Shown here piece by piece: positions 11,017 through 22,869 of a stretch of 62,000 nucleotides of DNA. This DNA is from Wallemia ichthyophaga EXF-994 (Eukaryota; Fungi; Basidiomycota). The stretch is from assembly GCF_000400465.1 (NCBI RefSeq), contig NW_008806278.1, positions 1 through 62,000 on the forward strand. Direction: 5' to 3'. The notes beneath the pieces are model-generated. The model had not been told where the DNA came from, did not search any database, and saw only the letters and a list, made by a program, of their open reading frames with translations. The position numbers and the translations under genes are program-made. Each line of letters starts with the position of its first letter. The stretch's first letter is position 1.

Positions 11017-13162
11017 CTAGAGTAGTGCAGTACCAGCAAGAGATACAGATATGAGCAGTAACGTAAATGAGAATACAGTTTGCGCGCTTCCAGAGAATGT
11101 TTGTGATTTTCCTGATTCATTTGGTTGAATCAGAGGATCTTCATTTGACCTTTCCTGCACAAATTGAGGAACGCTTGGGATTTCCGGTTCATACTTAGAC
11201 ACATCCGACGTGTCGACCTGTTCACCATTCCAACACCAGTCGTTGAAGCAAGTCTGACACTCTTCACTTCTGTCTATGCCGTTTCTTTCTCTAGCTCTAT
11301 CAACAAGACCGCATGCGAGACAGCGCTTCCATTCGCCATCCTTGACTAAGCCGTTGAGAGACGTAGATGCCTCAGCGTTCTTCATAAGCGTAGAAGCCTC
11401 TTCCCAATCATATTCCAATTTGAAAGAACTCGTATTGACAGCTCCGACATATGGGTAATTTGGAATATAGGCAATGATTGGAGTGTGTCTGGATTCGTTG
11501 TAGTTTGTCACATCGGAAGAGTTACACCCAAAGAATGTTGGACGCGTGTTCAGGCCCTGCGCTACGAACTGTTCTGGTGTTGGTACATTCGCGAATGAGA
11601 TTTGATCATCATCGTGCATGGTACGATTGTAAGTGACGTATAGACTAGTGCCGTTTGGCCATCCATTGTTTGTGTTGGACGTTGCATCAAAGCCTATAGC
11701 CAAGTCCACTTGTCGTTCAGGTTTGATGTGTGCATTCAGTGGCAGGTTCTCGTGAGCTTCTGTTCGCAGCCTTAGTAATTACAACATTTGAGAAATAATA
11801 CCCACCTCCACCATCAATCAGAACGACATTTTCTGCATCGCTGATTTTGTTGGTGTCGTTTTTCCATCCATAGAATGGGTTTCTCCATTGTGCAACATCG
11901 TCTCTAGTCTCTGAAAAGTCACTGAGAACACTTTCGGCCATGTCTTGGAAGATGTCCCAGCCAGACAATGAGCCTTGTGCTTTGATAACGCCCTGGTTGA
12001 ATAGTGTCGCTGAGGTGCCAATAACAAATCCAAAGTTGTCCAATCCATTGACACACTGGTCGGTACCATTTAGTTGGCCGTCGAGGAGCTTTGTCCCGAC
12101 AAGAGCGATATCAATAAAGCCGTTTGGACTGGAATCACGCGCACCACCTCCGAGTGGGCCGTATGTCCCGAAGGAGTGGGGTGTCATCTCCCATATACTC
12201 GCATTCTGACCAACAATAATCTGATCAGGCTGGCGCTCAAGTGCTTGTACAATCGGGTAGGGCATGTCGTTCGATTGGAAGGTGCTTGCATCTCTAATGG
12301 CTCCAGAGAATGTAGTGTTTCTGCCATAGCCAGGGAACTTGCTCTCTGGTTCAGCGAGAAGATGGTAGCTGGGTGAAATTTAGACATTAAGAAAGCTTAG
12401 AAACTACCAAACCGACCTCAAAGCCCTCGCCCAATAGTCCGATATAGCGACTTCAAATCCAGCGTGTTTTTTATCCTCGATATCCTCAAACATATCATAA
12501 AAATAACTGAAACTGTCTAAAAATCCTGGATAAAAGATATTTTCGTCAAGTCTCGCAGTCTCCATCCATTCCCAAGTTGGCTTCATGTCCTGCGCAGCAA
12601 AACCGCCGACTGCCCAGGAACCGCCTGAGAGGCCAGACATGTAAGCGGCAGACTGGAGGAGACCAGCAGTCTCAAAGTCGACCGAGGAATTGCGGTTATC
12701 GAGTGCATTTATAAACCCAACGCCCTGGAAATAAAGTCAGTCTGAGGTACGCGAAATACGCAAGGTGCATATGTGAAAGAACACACTTACACCCAACATG
12801 GCACGATAACCTCCTCCAGACACAGCTATACCGAGTTTGGGTGCATTTGTGGAATTACTTGTAAGTTTATCCATGTCGTACGAGAGGTTTGCGCTGTCGA
12901 GCCAATCTGTGAGTGGATCGATGATCTTCTGCATACGTGCGTTGATATAGTCAGTCTCATTGGCGGAGAGTGCCTGTCCCGTCCTGATGAAGTCTGTGAC
13001 TCCCGCTGGGCACGAAGTGTTGTAAGGTGCGTATGAGAGATCACCCTCATCCCTGGAGTGGAGAGCTGGGTTGAAGGCTCGTGCGGCCAGATCGGAAGGC
13101 GGACTAGGGAAAGCGTTCGAGATCACTGCCAGCGTGAGTGCGCCAAATATCGCAGACTTCAT
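11017..13162 (-). CDS. PLB: Secreted, probably GPI-anchored phospholipase B/lysophospholipase, copy 1 (3 introns)
   Basis: Signal peptide MKSAIFGALTLAVISNA; GIAVSGGGYRAM; nucleophile motif GLSGGSW; DGG...ENLP; EWKRCLACGLVDR; hydrophobic C-terminal tail. Confidence 0.92.
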
Positions 13163-13667
13163 TGCGGTCTTTGTGGATATAGATGAGGACGCTAAGTCAT
13201 CTCGGTGAATTTTATGGTCCCGTGAAAAATTGGGGTAGCGGAGTTGCGAGGAGGTACACATGGTGTTATTTGGAAGCTAAGAAAATCTACTTGGCATTAC
13301 TTTCTAACCTAAATATTGCCGTGTAAAACCCCTTGCTTACCTAATCAGCTCTCAAGGCACAGCGATCTGCAGATCTTAAAACACGCTTGAGGGATTTGAC
13401 ACGTAAATCATGCGAAATCTCACTCTCACAGCATGGAGCACAGTCACATTCTATCTGCAGTGTGAATAGAGGTACATTTGGTGGCTAAAAATAGCAGCAG
13501 GACCAGATTTTGTTGGCGCCAAGCGGTCCGATGTGTGACAGAATAAATAAGACATATCAAGATCGCTCAGATAACAAGAGTAAAATAGATATACTACGTA
13601 TTCGTACTAGGATTATACAACCATAGTTTCATAAGATGAGAATTTCCATAAGAGTCAGTCCAACGAA

Positions 13668-15758
13668 CTAAAGGAGCGCAGCACCAACAATCACTGCCAT
13701 AGCGAGGAGGACTGTGGTGGAAAATAAATTTTGCGCGCTTGCAGAGTCATTGGTTGCTTGAATCAAAGCATCACCATCTGATCTGTCCTGAACGAATTGA
13801 GGAACGCTGTTAATATCTGGCTCATATTCTGAGACATCTGATGTGTCGACTTGATCGCCACTCCAGCACCAGTCATCGAAGCAAGTCTGACACTCTGCGC
13901 TTCTATCTACGCCGTTCCTTTCTCTAGCTCTGTCGACGAGAGCACATGCAAGACAACGCTTCCACTCGCCATCGCTAACTAAGCCATTGAGAGATGTAGA
14001 TGCCTCACCATTATTTATCATGCCAATGTACTCCTCATCTGAATATTCCAGCTTGAATGTGCTCTGATTACTTTCAAAGACGTACGGATACGATGGAATG
14101 TAACCAACGATTGGTGTGTGTCTGGATTCGTTGTAGTTTGTCACATCGGAAGAGTTACACCCAAAGAATGTTGGACGCGTGTTCAGGCCCTGCGCTACGA
14201 ACTGTTCTGGTGTTGGTACATTCGCAAATGAGATCTGGTCGTCGTCGTTGATAGTACGGTTGTAAGTAGCAAACATGCTAGTGCCGTTTGGCCAACCCGA
14301 GCTGGTGTCAGCTGAAGCGTCAAAGCCAAGAACTAAATCGACTTGACGCTCTGGTTTAATGTGCGCATTGAGTGGTATGTTCTCGAGAGCTTCTCCTCCA
14401 TCTACCAAGACTACATTGGATACGTTGGAAATCTTGTTGGTGTCATTCATCCAGCCATAGAATGGGTTCCGCCATGATGCAACATCATTCTTCGATTCTG
14501 AGAAGTCACTGAGAACATTTTCAGCTATATCTTGGAAAACAGACCAGCCGGAAAGGGAACTCTGGGCTTGTATAACACCCTGGTTGAATAGTGTCGCTGA
14601 GGTGCCAATAACAAATCCAAAGTTGTCCAATCCATTGACACACTGGTCGGTACCATTTAGTTGGCCGTCGAGGAGCTTTGTCCCGACAAGAGCGATATCA
14701 ATAAAGCCGTTTGGACTGGAATCACGCGCACCACCTCCGAGTGGGCCGTATGTCCCGAAGGAGTGGGGTGTCATCTCCCATATACTCGCATTCTGACCAA
14801 CAATAATCTGATCAGGCTGGCGCTCAAGTGCTTGTACACTCGGGGAAGTCGATTGGAAGGTGCTTGCATCTCTAATAGCTCCAGAGAAGGTAGTGTTCCT
14901 GCCATAGCCAGGGAACTTGCTCTCTGGTTCAGCGAGAAGATGGTAGCTGGGTGAAATTTAGACATTAAGAAAACTTAGAAACCACCAAACCGACCTCAAA
15001 GCCCTTGACCAATAGTCAGCCAATTGAACCTCAAATCCAGCATTTTCCTTTGCGTCGACGTCATTGAAGATGTCGGAAAAGTAGCTGAATGCGTCGAGAA
15101 AGCCTGGGTAGAAGATGTTTTCGTCGAGTCTTGCAGTTTGCATCCACTCCCAGACAGATTTCATGTTCTGCGCGGCAAAACCACCGACTGCCCAGGAACC
15201 ACCCGACAAGCCGGACATATAAGCAGCAGACTGGAGGAGACCTGCAGTCTCGAAATCAAGAGAGGAATTGCGGTTGTCGAGTGCACTGATAAAACCGGCG
15301 CCCTGGATATTATGTCAGCTTCAGGAACGCAAGGCACGTGAGGCACGTGGAGGAGCACTCACGCCCAACATGGCTCTATAGCCGCCTCCAGACACAGCCA
15401 AACCGAGTCTAGGAGCGTTGGAGGTATTTGAGGTGAGTTGGCTGATATCGTATGAGAGACCAGCGCCGTTTAACCAGTCAGTGAGTGGGTCGATGATCTT
15501 CTCCATGCGTGAATTAATGTAATCAGTCTCGTCGGTGGAGAGTGCCTGTCCCGTCCTGATGAAATCTGTGACTCCCGATGGGCAGGAAGTGTTGTAAGGT
15601 GCATATGAGAGATCTCCTTCGTCTCTCGAGTGTATTGTGTTCTGCTGTGCAGCGTGTATGATGCCGCGGGAGATGAGATCTTCGGGAGCACTCGGGAAGG
15701 CGCTGGATGTGGTTGACAGTGTTATTGCCGCTGTTGCTCCCAGTATTCCAATTTTCAT
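13668..15758 (-). CDS. PLB: Secreted, probably GPI-anchored phospholipase B/lysophospholipase, copy 2 (2 introns)
   Basis: Signal peptide MKIGILGATAAITL; GLAVSGGGYRAM; GLSGGSW; VDGGEALENIP; WKRCLACALVDR; hydrophobic tail. Tandem paralog of 11017-13162. Confidence 0.92.
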
Positions 15759-15902
15759 TTCACCGTCGTGCGTAAAGACGGCGAGTGCCAGCCAAGAGAA
15801 ACAGAATTATTAAGCTGTGTGAATAACCGTCTTAACTAATCGGATGCAAATATTCACAACAATTTCGAATTAAAGCGCCTTGTTTGCCCTCCTCCATCTT
15901 CT

Positions 15903-18154
15903 ATGAAATCACAAATATCAAATGACAGCAGCAATCAGTTCACGTGCGGGTTTTTATATTTTGTTTTATTTTCTAATTCCACGCAGACACATCCTCCTCC
16001 AGTTTCATCTCCCCTGCCAGCACGACGATGACGACGATTGGTCTTATCGCCTCCACGGCGTCCATGACGAGCACGACGAGCACGGCGCGCACCACCCCCA
16101 GAAAGTGCTTCTATGCCAGAGCAGCACGCCATTAGCCGCAGCCGCAGCCAACTCGTCCCGCTCTCTCTTTATATCGTGGGTTCAGTGTGGTTGTGATGAT
16201 AGACAGCTCACGCGATATCAGCACAGCCACCGATCCAGCGACGCTGCAGGAAGTAGCCATACCCACGCTCCACCCACTCAATCAATCCACGCTTGACGCG
16301 CCCATCACCTGCATTTCAACGGATACCTACGATAGCTACATTGCAGCAGCCACCACGACAAACATCCATATCTTGAGCCGCGACTTGCACCTGCTCCATA
16401 CGCTCGAGTCACCCGCCCCCCACATCCACAGCCTCTGCCAAAGATACTTGGCCTATATCCACCCCCACCCCACTTCCACTTCGGGTATTATCGCCGCTAA
16501 CAATCTCAATTACGCAGACAGGCCGAGCTACTCCACTGCCGAAATTGCCTCCCATCTCGCCAGCTACATTGAAGCCGGCTACAAACGTGGGCACAACACT
16601 TTCGACTCTCTGCGCAACACCTACTACAGCAGATCAGCGCCTGTTCCGAGCGAGAGTGTGAGTGCATCACCTCAGTCTCATTCTCAGGCTCAGGTTCAGT
16701 TTCAAGACTTATACCGCCACAGCAAGCATACACACGTAGTGCGAGTGCTCGACATACCCACTCAGCGCACAGTCGGTCTATTCGACTCGTCGCTTTCCCC
16801 CCTATCACACATCTCGCTCAGTCCTAGCAGCAGGAATGTTTTGGTAGCAGATACCAATGCGCACGTGTTCCACATCTACGAATTGCGTCCACGCCCGCTC
16901 ATCGGCGTGCATATGCGCGAAAACGACAGCGATTACGACTGTGTGTGGCACAGGTATGCACTGAGGCGGGGATACACGACTGCGCGCGTGCAGAATGTAT
17001 CTTGGAGCAGAAACGAGAGGTGGGTAGGTGTCACTACGCACACGGGTACCACACATGTATATCCTCTCAACCCTAACTCGGGTGGGAGAGTCACTGAGGC
17101 GCATGTCTCAGGTGAGCCTATCAGCATGGGGGCGGTGAGCAGTCACTCACACTCCCACTCTCACCTCTCTACCACCCTCAACAGCATTGTCAAAATAAGA
17201 CCCAGTGGGTCAGACGAGGGGGATCGGCAGCGTTGGCACACAATGCACACTATGCACTCCACGCACTCGGCTCACTCCACACGCTCCCCCTATGATGTCG
17301 CTTTCGCTTTCGCAGATGTGCACACACCCGCCAAGGGCAGTCTGGTGGTGTATGTCGCCGACAGCGCCCGAGACAAGTTTGCGCAGCTCGACTATACACT
17401 GAGTTGGAGCGAGGGGGGTGACTTGAGCGAGAAGCAGATGCAGACACAAAAGAAACCTCCCTCCGTGCATGCCGCACTGGGAAAGGTTTGCGACGTGGTC
17501 ACACAAGAGGAATCAAACGGGACATCAAAGGAGCAGCATATTTCACACACCATCTCACACCCCAGCAACCCTCCCCCCATTTGCCAAATGTCGCGTGGCG
17601 AGATCGAGACATTTGACGTATCGGCTTTGCGTAGTATATTCTCATCGCGACAGATTGAATTCAGGGCAGCGTCGACGGATATACTAGCGCGGTATGCGGA
17701 TGATGCGACTGAATTGATACGCCACTCGTATGTGTATAGAGTAAGACCGGAGGTGGAGGTAAGGAAGGAGAGGGAGAAGGCTAACGATGACGAGAAGAAG
17801 GACAGTAACGATAATGACATAGAAAAAGACATAGAAAGCACCATCGAATACACCATCGACCCCTCGTCTATCCATCACATCATCCCGGCTCTGCCCAACG
17901 GCGTCAATTATAAAAGCAGCTTGTCACTGCCTGATCAGCACACATTGAGAAAAATAATCAAGGGCTCTTATAGTAGAATCTCATCCACGTTCGGCAGTCC
18001 TGAGGCTGTGGCGGGCGGAGACACGGAAGACAATGATACTGCATCCGTAGAGGGTGATGTGAGGGTGTACAAAGAGGCAAAGGAAGCGTCTGAAGAAGCT
18101 GACCGCTTTGTTGTTGGGCTGGTCGACGATGAGGAGGAAGGGGAGGGGGAGTGA
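15903..18154 (+). CDS. BCAS3-like WD40/PROPPIN-related beta-propeller protein (5' exons tentative)
   Basis: VVRVLDI...ISLSPSSRNVLVADTNAHVFHIYEL...VWHRYALRRGYTTARVQNVSWSRNERWVGVTTHTGTTHVYPLN matches the BCAS3/Atg18-like pattern. Two short 5' introns give an open frame from ATG 15903. Confidence 0.65.
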
Positions 18155-18258
18155 GAGGGAGCAGCCATTTTGTGTCTTAATTCTTGCGCGCAAGCGCACA
18201 CACACACACGCGCGCATTCTTGGATAACAAACAATACATAGATATAGTACATTTCCAA

Positions 18259-19746
18259 CTACTGCAGAGGTTCTGCACTAGAGGATAAGCGGTTGACTGT
18301 GGGAAGTGTGAGTATTAGTTTAGTTATCGAAACAGCATGCAATCTACTCACGATGAATATACACATCAGTCCCATATCCTTCCATGGAGATAAGGCGCAG
18401 ATCGCCACCGACTGAAGGAGGGTGAGATGAAAACAGTATGATGCACTCAACAACTCACAATAGCGTGCGTAAAGTCTCGATAACGGTAAGCCATACCCAA
18501 GACCGGCCATCGGAGCTTTATAGTCGCTGCCCGATTGCTCGAATTCGGGATCAAGGGCCGATCCCTCCATGGTAGTGTACATATACGTCCAGATGAGCGG
18601 GATAGCGCTGCGCGGTATACCACCACCCTCGTCCGAGATCTTGATAGTAATATCCTCATTCCCCGCTGCGACAATCACCTTAATAGGTGGCATCTGATCT
18701 TCGGCATCCACTCCGAAGCGCTCGATCACAGCTCGAAGGGAGTTTTTGATAATCTCAAAGACGATGTGGTTGAGGTGTCCAGGAACGTACGAAATTTCAA
18801 GATTGGGAGGGCAGATGAGCTGAACCTGTGGCGGTTTGAAGAGAGCGTAATGATCCTCAGCAATAAAGCGAGCATTGTCGATCGCTTCATCGCAAACATC
18901 GCGCACATTCGTCCTCTTGCATATGATGCCTACGTAATCAGGGTGGTGAGGAGTGAGAGCGTTGAGAGCGACATGCTGGCCAATGAGGAAACGTATACCA
19001 ATGCGCGACATGTAAAAGCGATCTAGGAATGACTGAATATCAGTGTCGACACCACCCGCACTGCGCTGATGTTGTTTGTACTCTAGCACTCCTTGCGCTA
19101 TAGTCGGTACGACGCTATCGTGTCGCCGTTTTATACCCTCGAGCAACCGCGTGAAGCTTTCGTTGTAGTGCGCGACAGAAGGTGGCCATTCGAGATCGGG
19201 TGTGTGAGCATGGTAGCGGGATTCGATGGGGATGCGACGGTATTTGTGTGTAGTTTGTGCGGCGTTATTGCCGTTGGTATTCCCGTTGCCGTTACCAATA
19301 CCATTCCCGCTCCCACTCCCACTCACTGGACCCGGCGTGTTCTCATCTTCCAGCTGCGCTAGATTCGGACTCGCTTCGGGAAGTCGGTCGGCGCGTCTGT
19401 TGGTCGGAGCGAACAATTGCGCGCGCACATCTGGCGGAATATTCGGCTGAGGGAAGTGTACGAGCTCGTCGAACGAGTGCGCATACCAACCCAGCACCTT
19501 CCTTATACTGGGCATCTCCGAGAGTTCGTTCGGTAGCGTGTTCAGCTCAACGCAGCGGTGCGCTAATCTTATTGGCAGCTCTTCCGAAAGGAAATTGCCA
19601 GCTCGCAACAACGTCCCCTGTGACGGATTAGATCCGAACATAACCATCTGCTGTAGTGATATACCCGACTGTGGGAAACTTGAGAAGTGGAGCAGCTTGT
19701 TCCACATCTTGGGCGTGATATTGTAGAATGCACTGCTGGCTGACAT
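18259..19746 (-). CDS. PKP1: Mitochondrial pyruvate dehydrogenase kinase (2 introns near the 3' end)
   Basis: ELPIRLAHR; FLDRFYMSRIGIRFLIGQH; N-box FEIIKNSLRA; G1 ISDEGGGIP; LAGLGYGLPLSRLYARY-type segment; spliced FGGDL...EGYGTDVYIHL. An alternative upstream ATG lies at 19821. Confidence 0.92.
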   Translation of the reverse strand: MSASSAFYNITPKMWNKLLHFSSFPQSGISLQQMVMFGSNPSQGTLLRAGNFLSEELPIRLAHRCVELNTLPNELSEMPSIRKVLGWYAHSFDELVHFPQPNIPPDVRAQLFAPTNRRADRLPEASPNLAQLEDENTPGPVSGSGSGNGIGNGNGNTNGNNAAQTTHKYRRIPIESRYHAHTPDLEWPPSVAHYNESFTRLLEGIKRRHDSVVPTIAQGVLEYKQHQRSAGGVDTDIQSFLDRFYMSRIGIRFLIGQHVALNALTPHHPDYVGIICKRTNVRDVCDEAIDNARFIAEDHYALFKPPQVQLICPPNLEISYVPGHLNHIVFEIIKNSLRAVIERFGVDAEDQMPPIKVIVAAGNEDITIKISDEGGGIPRSAIPLIWTYMYTTMEGSALDPEFEQSGSDYKAPMAGLGYGLPLSRLYARYCELLSASYCFHLTLLQSVAICALSPWKDMGLMCIFIVSRLHAVSITKLILTLPTVNRLSSSAEPLQ

Positions 19747-19919
19747 TTCTTGAATTAATCGTCGTCGTCGTCCGTGAAAGAGTGACTCGACTCGTATAAT
19801 TCCGCTGACGTCAATTGTCATTCCCTCACGTGCACTCTGTTCCGATATTTCTCTATTATCTGTTTTTCACAACCGATGCAAGGTGATTGATAAATATACA
19901 TGATTTTACTTTTACATCT

Positions 19920-22823
19920 TCACAGCTGCCACGCTGAGTCGCCATAGAGCTGAGCGCCTTGACTGCGCATTGGGGCTGGAGCGTGAGAATAGTGGAGCTG
20001 GCCCAAGTGTGTTGGGTGGGTGACTGGGAGGTGAGGAGTGTGTGGAGTGTGGGGAGTATGAGAAAGGTGCTGGACATGCTGCAAATGCTGTACATTGGGG
20101 AGGTGCATAACGGGTGGAGAAGGACGTGATTGTGCGTGTGTGTGTGTATTAGGGTGTGAATGAGAGTGTGAGTGTGGCTGCATTACTGGCTGAGACCCTG
20201 ACCCCGACACCACCCCCGACGTCTCCCCTTGAGTCTCTTCCAGACCCATAAAATAAGGCGAAGGAAAGATCCCATCAGCCGTAATATCCGACAGTTCACT
20301 ACTCAATACATTCACGCCAGGATGTCTATTCGGCACCTGCGGCTGTATAGGTTCGGTAGGGCACGGGAAGACGTCATTCCAGCCGACGCCGATAGGCACG
20401 CCCTGTGCCTCGGCACTCTCCATCAGCATCCGCTTGATGCCGCGTGGGCCGGGTGCATGTGCGTGTTCGTGTGATGATTCTCCATGCTCACCCTCACGCT
20501 CACCCTCTTCATCCTCCGCCCGCTGTATGTCGTACACATCCATTAGCATGTCGTACGCCCGGCCAGCAGCTGGCCATGTGATCACCATAGCCTTGAGCGC
20601 TTCCATCGTTCTTCGCAAGTTGCGCCGCGCAACTGGAGCGATATCTGGATACTGGAGGTTGAAGCAGTGAGTAATACCCGCAGTGAAGATGTGGTATATA
20701 AGAAGACTGGGAGCTTTGTTGAGAAAGTCGTGTCGCGTGTTAAGCGAGTTGACAATAGAGGTAATGGAGTTAGCCGCCATGCTCATAATCTGGTGCGAAG
20801 GGTAAGGCGATGGAGTGGTGACGTAAGGGCGGTGGAGTAGGATGAGAGTGCAATGGAAAGCAGTGTGTAGCGTGAGGACGTGCGGAGGAGGAAGGTGCTG
20901 CGAGGATGCAGTGTATTTGAGATGGCGTGGGAGATCGATGGACCACTGATCGACGCGCTGGTGCAGCTCTGAGAGCATCCCTATACTGTCTCCGCTACCG
21001 TGCTTGATCGAGTAGCAGTGCTCGAGTATGCTGTTCTCGAGCGCTGATAGTCGGCTGAAGTGATTGAAACATGACAAAGCATAGCTCGTCTGTGGAACTG
21101 TCCAATTAAACGGATGGTCCTGGTCATTTAGATCGCACGCATCTCGACTGCACGTCACATGCGCTTCGATCGGCATCCAGGCTTCGGTCTCCTCTATCTC
21201 ATCTTCTTTGCACTCGCGCGTGTCGTAATCTCTCCCACGTATAGCCGTCGGTCTGCCGATGTAGGAGGAGATGTACGTGTCGAGAATAACACAGCCGTGC
21301 CATGTCCGCTTCCGTGCTTCTACTTCAACGTCACTCAAGCGAATGCGTCCGTTAGGGTGGAAATGACTGACGTCTCTGTGCAAGCCTAAGTCTTCAGCCA
21401 TGCGCACAGCGTGTCCGAGGAACATCCATGCACTCTTCATATCACCCAAACCAACACTCCTGTAAGTGAGAAGTAGGAATGCTTGTACGCTGGAGAGACG
21501 CGAGTTTGGGTGATCGAGGTGGGTGATTTCTCTCGCTCGCTCTATGTATAAGGTACCGGCTGCCCAGAGAGCAGGGTAGTCGGGGTTGTTGACAGCGCTG
21601 TAACGAGAAGCCACACCGAATACACAGAGAAGGAGGAGAGTGGGGAAGGATTCGTCGGGGACGTCTGGGTTGTGAGGAGACGATTGCTGAGACAGATTGA
21701 AATTTTGCAAAAACCAGGATTTGTGGATGATGGGGAGAACAGGATGGACGTAAGAGAAGTAGAGTTCGATTAGCTTTTCCTGGACTTGCATGTCAGGGAG
21801 ACATAGCTTGGCACCACTCAACTCGACCACCTCGGTTTGACTGAGCTTTTTAAGTTCATGGCTGGCTGGCCAGATGCCGGGAGCAGGGAAATTCCAAATG
21901 CCTTGTTGGTGGCGCCTATTGTTTGTGATGAGGTGAAGGCCGGAAGCTTTACCATGGTAGCGAATATTTTCGTTTTCATCGATGGAAAGCTGACCGATGG
22001 AGTCAGCGATGGAGTCATCGATGTGGGTGATAGAGGGAAGTTGCGTGGAGTGGTTGGGGAAAGAAGGGTAGTCGTCTAAACGTCTTCTTTGAGTGTGGGT
22101 GGATTGTATGTAGCTAGAGTCAGCGGGGAGAGTGGGAGAAGGACCCGAGGGAGCAGAAGGGCCAGAAGAAGCAGAATGAGCAGAGCCCCCGAAACCCCCA
22201 GAACCAGTCAAACCAGCACCCAGAACTCCCTGTACAATATCCTTTGTAATTGGGTCATTTTGTGTGATTGAATTGATAACGTGCGTTGAACCGGGTAATT
22301 CAATGAGATTAGCCAAGACCACCTCTAACCTGCCAAGCTTATCAGATAAGCTGTCTATATAGCCTTTAGGAGGGCCTCTCTTTTTAGTTGCACCTTGGAA
22401 GATGCACTCTGTATCATCATCGCTGTGAATAAAAAAATCGAGTGCTTAATCAGCGATGACGTACCAACTCTGGCATTTAGGCAATTTTCACAAGGGCCAT
22501 CTGCAGCGTTGTTCGGTCGTGAGCATTTTGATTTAATTTTGCGGCAGTGTAAGCAGGCTGCGTGGGTGTAGAGAGGTGGGAAATGGGTGTTGAATAATGG
22601 GAAGATGAGAGAAATGGAGTAATTGAGAGATAAGAGATGGGAGATAAGAGATGGGAGATAAGAGATGGGAGATGGAGATGAGATGAGATTAGCAAGATCA
22701 GCATTCTCAATGAAAAGACAACGCACCTTTTGAAGATCTCTTGCGATGTTTGTCAATAGGATTAGGATTGTTATTAGGGTTGTTTAGATAATTATTTAAA
22801 TCTAAATTATTATATTCATCCAT
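19920..22823 (-). CDS. Zn(II)2Cys6 transcription factor with fungal-specific TF domain (2 introns)
   Basis: Spliced KRSSKACLHCRKIKSKC...CENCLNARVECIFQGATKKRGPPKGY; middle homology region YFSYVHPVLPIIHK...AVRMAEDLGLHR...RKRTWHGC. Confidence 0.9.
22627..22668. repeat. 14-bp tandem repeat (GAGATAAGAGATGG)x3 inside the ~165-nt first intron of the transcription factor
   Basis: Read directly from the sequence; followed by degenerate GAGATG units. Confidence 0.9.
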
Positions 22824-22869
22824 CGTTTAGATAATGGTTGTAATGGATCAAGGTTGAATTGATACAGTG

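Noticed and set aside
11717-11805. Apparent frameshift or pseudogene in PLB copy 1, and fragmented ORFs throughout the window
   Set aside because: Each break is explained by a canonical GT-AG intron with a branch-like CTAAC/CTGAC/CTCAC.
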